The translations under genes were made by a program, and so were the position numbers. A stretch of DNA of 63,952 bases, counting the filler, from Octopus bimaculoides (taxonomy: Eukaryota): the NCBI RefSeq assembly GCF_001194135.2. It is 9 parts of 7 records of this genome, joined end to end, with 100 filler letters (N's around TTAATTAATTAA, not from the genome) between each part and the next. Parts side by side here need not be neighbours in the genome. Positions count along the whole stretch, not along the records: positions 49,877 to 56,105 come from NC_068990.1; positions 56,206 to 60,174 come from NC_068987.1; positions 60,275 to 63,952 come from NC_068989.1; 6 more parts are not named here. One strand, written 5' to 3'. The first letter of the stretch is position 1. The number at the start of each line of letters is the position of its first letter. Below the pieces are notes generated by a model. That model saw only the letters and a program-made list of their open reading frames with translations, had not been told where the DNA came from and made no database searches. Of the stretch, positions 52,843 through 63,865 are shown piece by piece.

Positions 52843-52934
52843 TACATTTTAAAAAATAACGTCGACCACTAACGTGGACAATTAATGCGCATTAATTGTC
52901 CACGTTAGTGGTTGACGTTATTTTTTAAAATGTA
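52843..52934. repeat. 92-bp spacer-less palindrome
   Basis: 46-bp arms centred on ATGC|GCAT with a single mismatch (52864 G vs 52913 T). Confidence 0.95.
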
Positions 52935-53194
52935 CCTTAATCCCCTGAGATTGCAGATAATATTTCTGAATCTCTTTGATTCTTTAGATGTGCTGGCCTC
53001 CTGATAATTAATCGATATTAATTAATATATGACTAACTACCAGATTTTATTATAATATATATATATATAGATAGATAGATCCAAATGTTCTCCGTATAGA
53101 ATACACTTTGTAGTGCTCAAGAGATTTAAACTTAAATGCAGGGATAGGCAAGTTAGATCAATACATAAAGTATATTAAATACATGAAATGCAAA

Positions 53195-53288
53195 AAGTAA
53201 GGTACCAGTTCTGTGACTGAGGGAGGTTACTAAGGTATCTCTACATACCTTAATACTCTCCCTCAGCCACTGAACTAGTATCTTACTT
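53195..53288. other. 44-bp-stem hairpin with 6-nt loop
   Basis: Arms 53195-53238 and 53245-53288, with 5 mismatches and 2 G-T pairs on the plus strand. Confidence 0.9.
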
Positions 53289-53586
53289 CCCTCAAATAAT
53301 GGCCATTCCCTTTTTTCACTATCTCAACTATTAATTCTATAGCTTTCATACAAACCTAACACGACTACCATCCACATACTACCTACCCAACACTCCCCTC
53401 ATCCTCCTACATTCTACATTTACTACTACTACTCCCTACTAGTCTCTTTATTAACCCCTCACACTTGAACTATACTTTTTCCTCTCACTATTCCCCGTCT
53501 GAATACCTATTCCACCTCCTCTAATACACTTAGCTCTCCACATTCAATTATTCCATCTTTGGATTTCTTTCCTTTAACATTTCAAA

Positions 53587-53696
53587 TGCAAGATCTCTTC
53601 CCTGAAGATGGAGGATCGTCTAATTCTATGATATAATCTATCTACAAACATTATTATGGACCACCGAGCTTCCAGAAACAGTTGTTGGATTTGTAA
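53587..53696 (+). ncRNA. Type I hammerhead candidate with greatly extended stem/loop II
   Basis: TCC-CTGAAGA(53602-08)-TGGAGG...CTTCCA-GAAA(53675-78)-CA(GT)TG-TT-GGA. Core positions are intact, with a GUU triplet. Confidence 0.55.
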
Positions 53697-54489
53697 TACT
53701 GTTTGTTCCTCATTCCCTTTAATTCTCTATATCATTTGAATTGTGTGCAAGTGGGACCTTTTTATATGTATACGTATATACATCTTTTGTATTTAATATA
53801 CATTATATATTGAATGGCTAACTTACTTATCACTACACAAACGCGCGCATGTGCGCACGCACACACACAAACACACGCATACACATATTTTACGTGCACG
53901 ATAATATTTTCAACCGAGATGTTACAACCGTATCAGATTGTTCAAGTGCTTCAATTCTGTGTATGTACATTTATTTACTCGACTACTAATATTTAGCAAT
54001 GGTTCACCACCCCCATTGTGCATGCTCTATTTTCTATCATTATTAATATTGTAGGCATTTTTGACGACACGGGTATGGTAGTATACATATATATATATAT
54101 ATATATATAAGCAGTAATTATAACGATGTAGAATATGGGAAGTTGTTCATCCTCAAAATTTATTTCCTTTTATGTTACAATTTCATACAGTATGTTTCTG
54201 TGATTATTAGGCCCTGCACGTGTTTCCTCTGCACAGTCAATGCGTTGTTGCACATGCAACCGGGCATAATTTTCAGTGCAGCTTCGTTCAGAGTCTATCC
54301 ACCAGCTAGCCTCGAAAGAATTTACAGCTTGAGTAACAGACGTTAAATACGAATCGATGCGGTTAGCCGTAACCTGGAGCGTAACTGAGGTCGACCACAG
54401 CATCCGCCCAGAAAATATATCCCCCTAAATTCACGTTAATATGTTTGTATACATACACACGCACACACGAACACGCGCGCGCGCACACA

Positions 54490-54529
<40 letters not shown>

Positions 54530-55794
54530 CACACACACGATTATTCGGGCCGTTAATAAAAATATCAAAATTACAGAAAAGTAAGAGAATTATATTTAAC
54601 ACTTCCCAAATATGCAAGTCTGATTACTCTAAATTTGTGCAACATGTTGTAGTCAATGATCAACTCGTTATTGTACAGTATGTTATTTCTTACAATAAAT
54701 ACTCTACATAATTTCATAGATTTTGTACATGTGTACCCATTCAAAACTTCTAAAATTTATGCGTATTTACACATGGGTACATGAATTTGCAAACATAATG
54801 CAAAGATGTTCTGAAGGTTTTCAACGGAGATCTGGTTTAGTTCAAGCAAAATCTCTGCATTTGCAACATATTTGACACATTCCATACAAAAGCTACAAAT
54901 CTATTTCACAAACGTTATTATTCACATTCACTGCAAACATTCCTGAAGAACAATATTTCTTTGTATAGATATGAGGCGGCAGCAAGACACCTTGGCTTTC
55001 TTAAATTTCAGATTTCAAATTATTTCTGTCATTTGTTCTGCTTAAATCAAGAAATACATGCTAAATGAGCTAAAGATGAATACACGATACCTCTTTATAA
55101 GTTGAATATAAAAGGTTACAGGAATATAGTGGAACGTATGAAGCAGGATAATTAATAGTAGAGTCGATGTATGTACAAACACATTCAACGTATTAAATAT
55201 ATATTGGTGACACGTCGCGTATCAGATACTAATTGGAATTAATTATGAGTAAAAGGAGAAAAATTAATTTGATCATTAGAATTTATGAGCATAAAAGCAT
55301 TAGTTGAGCATTATGAGACGAGGAGGAATGAAGCTTCGAATACAAGAAAATAAACAGAAGGACATGAATTTCTATCGAGTAAATTAGAAAGTGGATCATG
55401 TGGGACAAATTCAACTGCTTCAAATGTTACGCTCCGTTTAATGTCGATATTTCATCCTTCATCTTGCGTGTACACGTGTGCATATGTGCATATATGTGGG
55501 CGCATGTGTGTATATGTCTGAATAAGAATTAATGTGTTTGGGTTCGCATGAATATGTGTCTGTGCGTGCGTTTGTATATGAGTATGTCTGGGTGTGCTGG
55601 TGTGTGTTTAATTGAAAATAGATTTTCTCTGCAGCGTAGATATCGAAGACAGCAAAAATAAAATGGAAAGACTTTCAAATTCCATTGTTACATCATAATC
55701 TTTTGTGACGTATACAAAAGAGCATATATACAAATACACTTAGTGTATTATATATTGATGCTGATGATATATACATATATATATATATGTAGTG

Positions 55795-56045
55795 AAACTA
55801 CCTCCCGCCATTAGATACAAAACTACTATCGCCATTACATACAATCTTCTCATTTAAATATAAATAAATGCGAGCGTAGTAGAGAACCCATTCCTTGTCA
55901 TCACGTGACTGATTATTATTCGAATCGGCAACTTCTTCGAACCTTTCCCGCCAGAACGCAAACTGACCAATCACGGCCCCTAATAAGGTCACGTGATAGA
56001 GTATATTTCTACCATCTGGTGAGCCAATAGTTTGTTATAAATAGC
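55795..56045 (+). promoter_or_regulatory. Motif-dense promoter candidate
   Basis: CCGCCATT (55805), TCACGTGAC (55901), TTTCCCGC (55944), CCAAT (55967 and 56024), GTCACGTGA (55988) and TATAAATA (56036). Confidence 0.5.
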
Positions 56046-56214
56046 TTTAACTCGGCGGCCAAATTTGTCTCGGTCCAGTTTCTCTTTGAGAACTGTTCCG
56101 TGTACNNNNNNNNNNNNNNNNNNNNNNNNNNNNNNNNNNNNNNNNNNNNTTAATTAATTAANNNNNNNNNNNNNNNNNNNNNNNNNNNNNNNNNNNNNNN
56201 NNNNNCACCCCCCC

Positions 56215-57355
56215 CCCACTTTAGTCTGTTGTTACAATTCCTCCTGATCTCCCCCTCTCTGAGGCGGAGCGCTCTCTTCTCAGTAGGGGTCTGCATTTCA
56301 TTCCCTTCACTCCATCCAGTTACGAATTTCAGACTCGTGCTGATATTCATGGCTTTGTGCGCCGTGTCAGGCTATATGCACTATTCCACAACACTCCACC
56401 TGCATCTAACGAAGAGACTGTTTCACCGACCTGGGCCGCCGACCATCCCACTGGACGCCAGCTCCCAGCCAGTTCCAAGCAGTCGATCATTTTGCCGTCA
56501 TCTGTCAACGTGTTGTGGACCGGTTTAACTTTCGCAGACGTCCCCGACATCTGCACATCTCCCCAGCCGAACACTCGCCGCAAAGATATTATCATAAAAC
56601 CGGCCGACANNNNNNNNNNNNNNNNNNNNNNNNNNNNNNNNNNNNNNNNNNNNNNNNNNNNNNNNNNNNNNNNNNNNNNNNNNNNNNNNNNNNNNNNNNN
56701 NNNNNNNNNNNNNNNNNNNNNNNNNNNNNNNNNNNNNNNNNNNNNNNNNNNNNNNNNNNNNNNNNNNNNNNNNNNNNNNNNNNNNNNNNNNNNNNNNNNN
56801 NNNNNNNNNNNNNNNNNNNNNNNNNNNNNNNNNNNNNNNNNNNNNNNNNNNNNNNNNNNNNNNNNNNNNNNNNNNNNNNNNNNNNNNNNNNNNNNNNNNN
56901 NNNNNNNNNNNNNNNNNNNNNNNNNNNNNNNNNNNNNNNNNNNNNNNNNNNNNNNNNNNNNNNNNNNNNNNNACCGTGCTCTTCGTCTCTTCAGCTCTTT
57001 CTCCTTTACTTCTGGCCCCTCTAAACTTCTCTTCACTCTTGATATCAAGAGTCTATATACGGCGACCCCACACCATGAAGGACTTCTTGCCCTCAAACAC
57101 TTCCTAGACCTTCGATCCAAACCCCAACCTGACACGTCCACACTTCTTCGTGTGGCCGAACTTGTTCCCTCCCACAACTGCTTCTCGTTCGCGGAGGAGT
57201 TTTACCAATATACACGGGAGTGGCCATGGGAACGAGAATGGGCCCCAACTATTCGAACCTGTTCGTTGGCTACGTTAAGGCCCAAATATTTTCAAGATTC
57301 ACTGGTCCCACTCCCGTTATATTGATGGTCGTTATATTGATGACTGCATCATTAC
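56215..57355 (+). mobile_element. Penelope-like element ORF (N-terminus plus RT), decayed, spanning a gap
   Basis: VVTIPPDLPLSEAERSLLSRGLHFIP; DIIIKPAD; LLFTLDIKSLYTATPHHEGLLAL; MAMGTRMGPNYSNLFVGY; RYIDDC. Confidence 0.92.
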
Positions 57356-57479
57356 AGATGTACATACACATGCGCACACATCCACACGTCAAAGTCACCA
57401 GCCCATATCCACACGCACACACTTACACACTCTCACATACAAACACACATGCACCTTTGTTTTGGGATCACCAATACTT

Positions 57480-57688
57480 TATAAACTCCCCTTCTTCCTA
57501 GCTCTCCTGCCTGACTACTTCTGTCCAGCCAGCCGCCATGATTGACCGCTAGCTCCCAAAGTTTTATTTTTATTCTCCCTCTGTTTATTTCCTCATGTTC
57601 TCTTCTGTTGAAGAGAGTAGGCTCGAAACGCAAAAGACTTTCTCAACTCCCCGAGCGTTAAACTGATACACATGTCTTCGTCTTTTGT

Positions 57689-57690
<2 letters not shown>
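57480..57690 (+). mobile_element. Probable Penelope pseudo-LTR with degenerate hammerhead
   Basis: Pyrimidine-rich tract, then TTGAAGA-GAG(TAGG)CTC-GAAACGCA at 57608-57632, downstream of the RT fragment. Confidence 0.5.
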
Positions 57691-57736
<46 letters not shown>

Positions 57737-57737
57737 G

Positions 57738-57774
<37 letters not shown>

Positions 57775-57935
57775 AGACGAGCTTCCTCACAGTTCCCAGT
57801 TTCCGTCAACCAAATCTACTTGCAAGACATTGGTAGACCTGGGGTTACAGTAAACTTGCCCAGGTTGCCACACAGCGGGACTGAACCCGAGACCACAAGG
57901 TTGCAAAGCGACCTTATCATCCACATAGCCCTGTC
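57775..57935 (-). mobile_element. Diverged SINE family A head
   Basis: CAGTTTCCGTC.ACCAAATC and CTTGCCCAGGTTGCCACACAGCGGGACTGAACCC. Confidence 0.75.
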
Positions 57936-57949
57936 TGTGCCTATTACAC

Positions 57950-59900
57950 GGTTGAGCAAAATATTATCTCGTCACCAAAAACCGTGTGATTGCTGAAAGA
58001 CTGCTTGTTCACTCTTTAGTATAATTTACGATAGAAACTGCATCCTATATTGCAGATAACTAAACTAAATACATCCAACGGTGTGATGCTTAGGTTATAC
58101 CCTTGCAATTACTACACACTCTAAGATCACCCTTTATTTCTATCTTAGTCATCTCATCGACCTTCCAATCATCTTTTCAATCTTCTATATATTATGAAAC
58201 AGCTTCAATGATATCTTATTGAAGATCCTCGTGCTTATCTGTTTTTAGTACTTCTACAATATCACCTAATCCAGAATAGCTAATTGCTCAATAGCTCTTG
58301 TTATTTCTTCAACAGATAATTCATGTTTAGTTACTTTTATCTCCTTTTGTGATTCAGGAATTACCAGAGCAGTTCTTCCGTTAAACGCTTTGCTCACGAT
58401 TGCATTTAAAATGTTCTTTCCCCTTTTCTTTGATGTTAAAATCTTATATCAAATGATATTAGATTTCTGGAGTAGCATGGGATGCGTGGATTACAAAGGG
58501 AGGCCACCTTGTATATGTGCGCTTGCTGCAGTCAGAAGTAAGCAACGTTTAAAGAATGAGAGACCAATTTGGCTGCCTCACGGCGCAGCCAAAAGCCATG
58601 CAACACCACTGTATCAGATACTCGTAATTTTCATTCCCTTATTTCACTAATTAGGGTAACGAGCTGGAAGAAACGTTAGCACGCCGGACAAATGCTTAGC
58701 AGCATTTCTTCTGGCTCTTTACGTTCTGAGTTCGAATCCTATCGAATCTAACTTTACCTTTCATCTCTTCAGAGTCGATAAAATAAAGTACTACTAGTCG
58801 AGTATTGAGGTCGATGTGGTCAACTTTTCCCCTCCCCTCAAAATCATTGGCCTTGAACCATACAACAGATCAGGGGGAATGTTATAATCTCGGTCTCTTA
58901 TACGCCATGGAAACCGAGTCACCGGCATTATGAGTCTTAATACTAAAAAAAAAAGAAAAGAAACAAACAAAAAACATTATTTCATAAGCTTTTATTGAGT
59001 AACTTAACAACTTCACCAACTTTTACTTCCAACCATCTTTCACGCCCAAGTATCTTCTTTTAACACTTTTTGAACACCGTTTCCTCTTTTTTGCGACACC
59101 AATATCTAGATATTTCCACTTTAAGATTTATCTTTTTTCCTCTCCAAATTTCAAATAGCTTTTACTTTTTTCGTACTTCAGTGAATTACCACGTTTCATT
59201 GTTAAATCATTTTTTTCATTTTATTTTTCTTCTACCCGGAACATTTTTTGGCTACATTCTCGTATACTTCCTTTACAGTTTTCCACGCACCATTGGTTTC
59301 TATAACACATTCAATTAAAGCTTCCAGCTTTACAAACCAGCGTAGGGCTGACATCCCTACCTAGAAAAAACAAGTTACTGAAGCATCAATGACAATCAAT
59401 GAAAATGGGCCGAGTAGGGACCAGTGAAGAAACATTGTCGATAGTCTATGCTCCGTAGGAAGTGAAGGACTTAAGGAAGGGTTGTTTTTAAAGGGACTAC
59501 CTCCTCTGATAAGATTGTTGGCAGCGCAGAATCTTATACCATTTTCAGTGGTATCTCAAAAACCATCTATATCTATAAGCAATTCCAGAATTTCGTTGCT
59601 ACTGCCAGCTTTCACATTAAAATCACCAACCACAATTTCCATATCCCTCGCTTGTTTACTATCAACTCCATCTTCATAATATAATTAGCTGAAAGAATCT
59701 ATTTCTTAATCGCTTGCATTATTTCATGATGCGTAACAAAAATAGTATAGATGATATTGCTTTGCTTATCTCTGAGTTTCATTAAAATCATTCTACAATG
59801 AGTAGAAAATAATATTCTTGAGGTTTTTATCTTTTTTATTCAGAATCAAGCCGATTCCATCTCTGTCCATATATCTTTTATTTTGGAGATCAAAAATATA
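57950..59900 (-). mobile_element. Highly decayed RTE-clade LINE (APE to RT start) interrupted by a family-B SINE
   Basis: Minus-strand remnants CYAS*NNASD*EIDSF, EIVVGDFNVKAG, ENG..FCAANNL, ELSVEEITRAIEQL and KGDLRVCSNCKGIT. Confidence 0.65.
58655..58862 (+). mobile_element. SINE family B inserted in the RTE remnant
   Basis: GAGCTGGAAGAAACGTTAGCACGCCGGAC head and CTTTACCTTTCATC core. Confidence 0.85.
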
Positions 59901-60019
59901 TTACCTTCTGTTATAATAATTTGATCCATCCCAATCTAATCTTATTCGGGACTCTTCTATTATCGACAGCCAAATTATTTATCTATTTACTAAAAGATTA
60001 CTCTTTTACTTTTTTACTT

Positions 60020-60175
60020 GCTTCAGTCATTTCACTGCAGCCATGCTGGAGCACCGCCTTTAGTCGAACAAATCGATCCCAGGACATAAATACACCAACA
60101 TCAGTTGTCAAGCGATGGGTGAGGGAGCAAACACAGACACAAAAATATACATATACATACATACATATATATATN
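60020..60175 (-). mobile_element. SINE family A tail
   Basis: CAGTCATTTCACTGCAGCCATGCTGGAGCACCGCCTTTAGTCG. Confidence 0.85.
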
Positions 60176-61160
60176 NNNNNNNNNNNNNNNNNNNNNNNNN
60201 NNNNNNNNNNNNNNNNNNTTAATTAATTAANNNNNNNNNNNNNNNNNNNNNNNNNNNNNNNNNNNNNNNNNNNNTGTGTGTGTGTGTGTATGTATATACA
60301 TACACACACACAAATAATGATGTCTTTGTACATATATATATATATATATACATAAAAGCGACAAATCATATATGTGTGTGTCTGTATGTCTATGTGCGTG
60401 ACTCTGTATGTGTGACTCTGTGTGTGCGTGACTCTGTGTCTGTCTGATTGTGTGTGTCTGACTGTGTGTTTCTGAGAGAGAAAGAGAGGGACAATAAAAT
60501 GGATGTGTGTATTACTGACAAACCTATTGAACTACCTGGCTTCTGAATATATCATGAGCGGAAAGAAACGAGACTATATTCAATATCTATTACACACGAG
60601 ACTATCTATCGCTACCTGCACATACATACATACATGCATGCATACATACATACATACATTCATACATACATACATACATACATACATACATACATACATA
60701 CATACATACATACATACACATATATATTGCTGTGTATTTATGGACGGATGGATGGATGTAGACATATATCTATTTATGTATGCATGTATATATGTATAGT
60801 TTGCTTGTAGTTTATGGAGAAATATTCACTTCAGATCAGAGTTTGCTTAACTTCTTTACGAAGTCACAAAATGATTGTGTAACAAAGTAGTGGTCATCAA
60901 TAAATTTACTAAATCCATGGAATAGGGCACAAACCTAAAAACAGCTACCCAGAATTTCGTGGCCGAAGCATTAATTCTTTTGGCCATATTTCATACTGAG
61001 AACAAAACCATTTGTCCATAGTTTATCAAGCAGACAGCGTTAGAATAGGGAATGCTCATAAGAAAAAGAGCACAGACGAGATAACGAACGTTACAGTACA
61101 CAAATGTCTACGTAACGTAAGCAAGATATTAATAGTTTACGATAACTCCGGTGGCCTATT

Positions 61161-61620
61161 TTAGAATTTCGCTAAGAGATATTTCTTAAAATGCAGACAT
61201 ACAGGAAGAATGTCGCTTCTGGAATTTACGTAGTCGTAGTCGTTGGAGTTCTTCAAGAGACATAGATTTTCAACAGAACATATTGAACATGTTTTTGACA
61301 CGTTAATATAGGGTTAGTTTCTGGGAAGGATTTTCCATTTGATGTCTTCGTCCTTAAGTTTCCAGATTAAATTCGAAAGAGTAGCTGAGTACCTCTTATC
61401 ACGGTATCTAAAAGTAACGGACAAACGGTCTTGTTCTCCGCTTGAAAAATGACGAAATAGTATTACGCTTCAGCTATAAAACCTTGGGCAGTTCTGTTTC
61501 AAAAAACTTGTGATTTTCATTATAACATAATCTTTACTGTCTTTGCTGATTGAGTCCTATTCAAATTATTGGACAGTTTAACCAGATTTCCTCAAAGCAG
61601 ATTTAAAAAATAACCCAACA
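61161..61620 (-). mobile_element. Penelope (Neptune-type) C-terminal/GIY-YIG fragment, decayed
   Basis: KRYSATLSNLIWKLKDEDIKWKIL..*PY...KTCSICSVE...VNSRSDILPVCLHFKKYLLAKF*. Confidence 0.7.
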
Positions 61621-62111
61621 GAAAGAAACAAATCGATGAAGAAATAATAAATTAATTTGAGTTGGAATGCTCCTTTAGCGATGAAGGAAATCTCGCCACA
61701 ATGAAAGTACCTAGCTTCTCATGCCAGGTGTTGTTGGTATCTGGAGTCGGATGATAGACTGCCTCAATGTGGGTAGAGTAGACACTTCATATCTCGTTAG
61801 ATAAACCCTTTTAGAAGTCAGGACCTCCGAAATAAATATCTGTTTTTAATCTGTATTCTTCGTCATATTTCCGTGACTTTATCCTCCTTTCCTTTAATTG
61901 CTGCAAGGGAAATCTCGGGAGGGAACGCCCAGCGCAGAGTAACAAGCATAAATAGAATAGAAAGGCTTCGTGGTTTCTTAACTGACAACCTGTCGATTGA
62001 TGCTGACACGAATAAACTACCATTTGATGGAATACTTAAAACACATCATTTACGAGAGAAATGCCAAGAAATGGTTATAACACTAACAACGTTATTTAGC
62101 TTTTAGTATTA

Positions 62112-62772
62112 AGACAGTGAGATGGCAGAATCATTACGCCAAACATTGCTTCCAAATACTTAGCGGCATTGCTTTACGCTTAGCGGCATTGCTTTACGCT
62201 TAGAGGCATTGCTTTACGCTTAGAGGTATTGCTTCACGTTCATATCACGCCGAGGTGGACTTCGCCTTTCATCCTTTCGAGATCGATAAATAAGTACAAG
62301 TCGAGCAATTGGGGTTGATGTAAACCAAAAGCCCCACCTACAAAATTTCAGACCATGAGCCTACAGTAGAAGAAATCATTATTATATTCATTGAGACAGT
62401 GAGCTTGTAAAATGTAGTTCCGAGTTCAAATTCCACCGTTGTCAAATTGGCTTTCATACCATCGGGGTCGATAAAATAAGTACCAGTCGATAACTAAGGT
62501 CGATGTAATCGACTTACCACCCTACTCAAAATCGGTCGTGATTTGCCAAAATTAGAATAAGTTATCTGTGTTCAAATGCCGCCGAAGACGACTTGGCTTT
62601 CATTCTTTCTGGGTTGATAAAATAAGTGTCTGTTGAGCACTTTTCCTCCTCCCTGAAAGTCTTAGGCATTTGCCTATAATAGAAAATATTATTAAAACAG
62701 GTAGCTGGCAGAGTCGTTTGTATGCTAGAAAAAATGCTTTAATGCATTTCGTTCATTTTTACGATCTGTAAT
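62112..62772 (+). mobile_element. Tandem array of about 4 family-B SINEs; the first has a 20-bp unit repeated 4 times
   Basis: Heads or cores at about 62112, 62392, 62565 and 62692. (CTTAGCGGCATTGCTTTACG)x4 lies at 62160-62239. Confidence 0.8.
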
Positions 62773-62774
62773 TT

Positions 62775-63570
62775 GTAATTTGTTCTTAGTGCTTGCTCTC
62801 GGGCAGCACAGATTAAAGCCTTTGTTTCCGGTTTTAAATCACTTTCAGCCATTCACAGCTATCTTTCTTCTCTGTCTGTGTTATCTTCAACATCCCTATG
62901 AAATTGTCCATGCATTCATTTCTTTACCCACCTATTTTCAGTTTTATTCGTTTCAATTGCTTGTACACTGCTTTATCTTTGCAATCTTTCATCCTACACA
63001 AGCCTGACCTTATTACTTCTAATAATAACGGCTGTGTGGCATTTTTTACATACCATGCTATGTTGTTTTCGTTTGCTCTAATGCTGTATTCACATCCAAT
63101 AAGTCCTCTTCCACCTCTTTTTCTTGCTACATACAGTCTGTCTGTGTCACTTTTTGGGTGGAGTGTCCCATATCTAGTTAGCAACTTCCTTGTCTTTCTC
63201 TCTATGCTGTTTAGTCCGTCTACTGTCCATGCGATTATCCCTGCTCCATATCTATGGATTGAAATCGCCCAGGTGTTGGTAGCTTCAATCTTGTTCCGTC
63301 CGTTTAATTTCGACTTAAGGATCAGTCTAAGTCTGATAGTACTGTACCTTAAATTTTTCTGTCATTTCTTTCTCCATCAATTTATCCATTTCCAAAATCC
63401 CCAAGTACTTATAGCCCGTCTCTTCTATCTTCTTCATAACCTCCCCCGACGGTATCGTTTGCCCGTCCATACATTTGATTTTGCCTCTCTTCAAAACTAA
63501 CACACCACACTTTCTCAGTCCGAACTCCATTCTGATATCATCACAGAAAGTATACGCCGTGCGAATCTCG
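62775..63570 (-). mobile_element. R4/Dong RT C-terminal/thumb fragment, decayed
   Basis: DDIRMEFGLRKCGVLVLKRGK; YKYLGILE; LHPKSDTDRLYVARKRGGRGL; MHGQFHR; LKPETKALICAAREQALRTNY. Confidence 0.92.
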
Positions 63571-63571
63571 G

Positions 63572-63865
63572 ATAGTTCTTAATTACCGGTTATTCTTTAC
63601 TTGATAGCAGGCAACAACAAATCACCAAAGGCTTCAGGTAGTGCCTTTTCCTGTGACTCAGTAAGACAATACTCTCCTAAGAATGCGAGCTGTAACCAAC
63701 AATGCTGTCTTCTGGATCACCTCTAGCCCGATAGCAGCTCCAATATACTTAATATATTTTTCAAAGCTCTTGGAAACTGCTCCTAATGCTCCAATTACCA
63801 CCGGTATCACCATTACTTTCCTCATGCCCCACAACTTTCCTATCTCGTCCCGCAGTTGCTTTTAA
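63572..63865 (-). mobile_element. R4/Dong 3' end (second subfamily) lying upstream of the RT fragment
   Basis: LRDEIGKLWGMRKVMVIPVVIGALG...IQKTALLVTARILRRVLSY*, with the stop at 63658-63660 followed by the 3' UTR. Confidence 0.9.

Noticed and set aside
54170-54403. 77-aa ORF in a GC-richer unique patch
   Set aside because: No recognisable motif or splice support.
15811-60230. TTAATTAATTAA centred in N runs (15811, 26941, 36172, 42295, 44680, 49821, 56150, 60219)
   Set aside because: An identical 12-mer always inside gaps, giving stops in all six frames. It is an assembly linker, not biology.
167-60799. Many ORFs rich in HT, CV, YI, poly-I/Y/N or X
   Set aside because: They are translations of (CA)n, (TA)n or (TAA)n microsatellites or of N runs.
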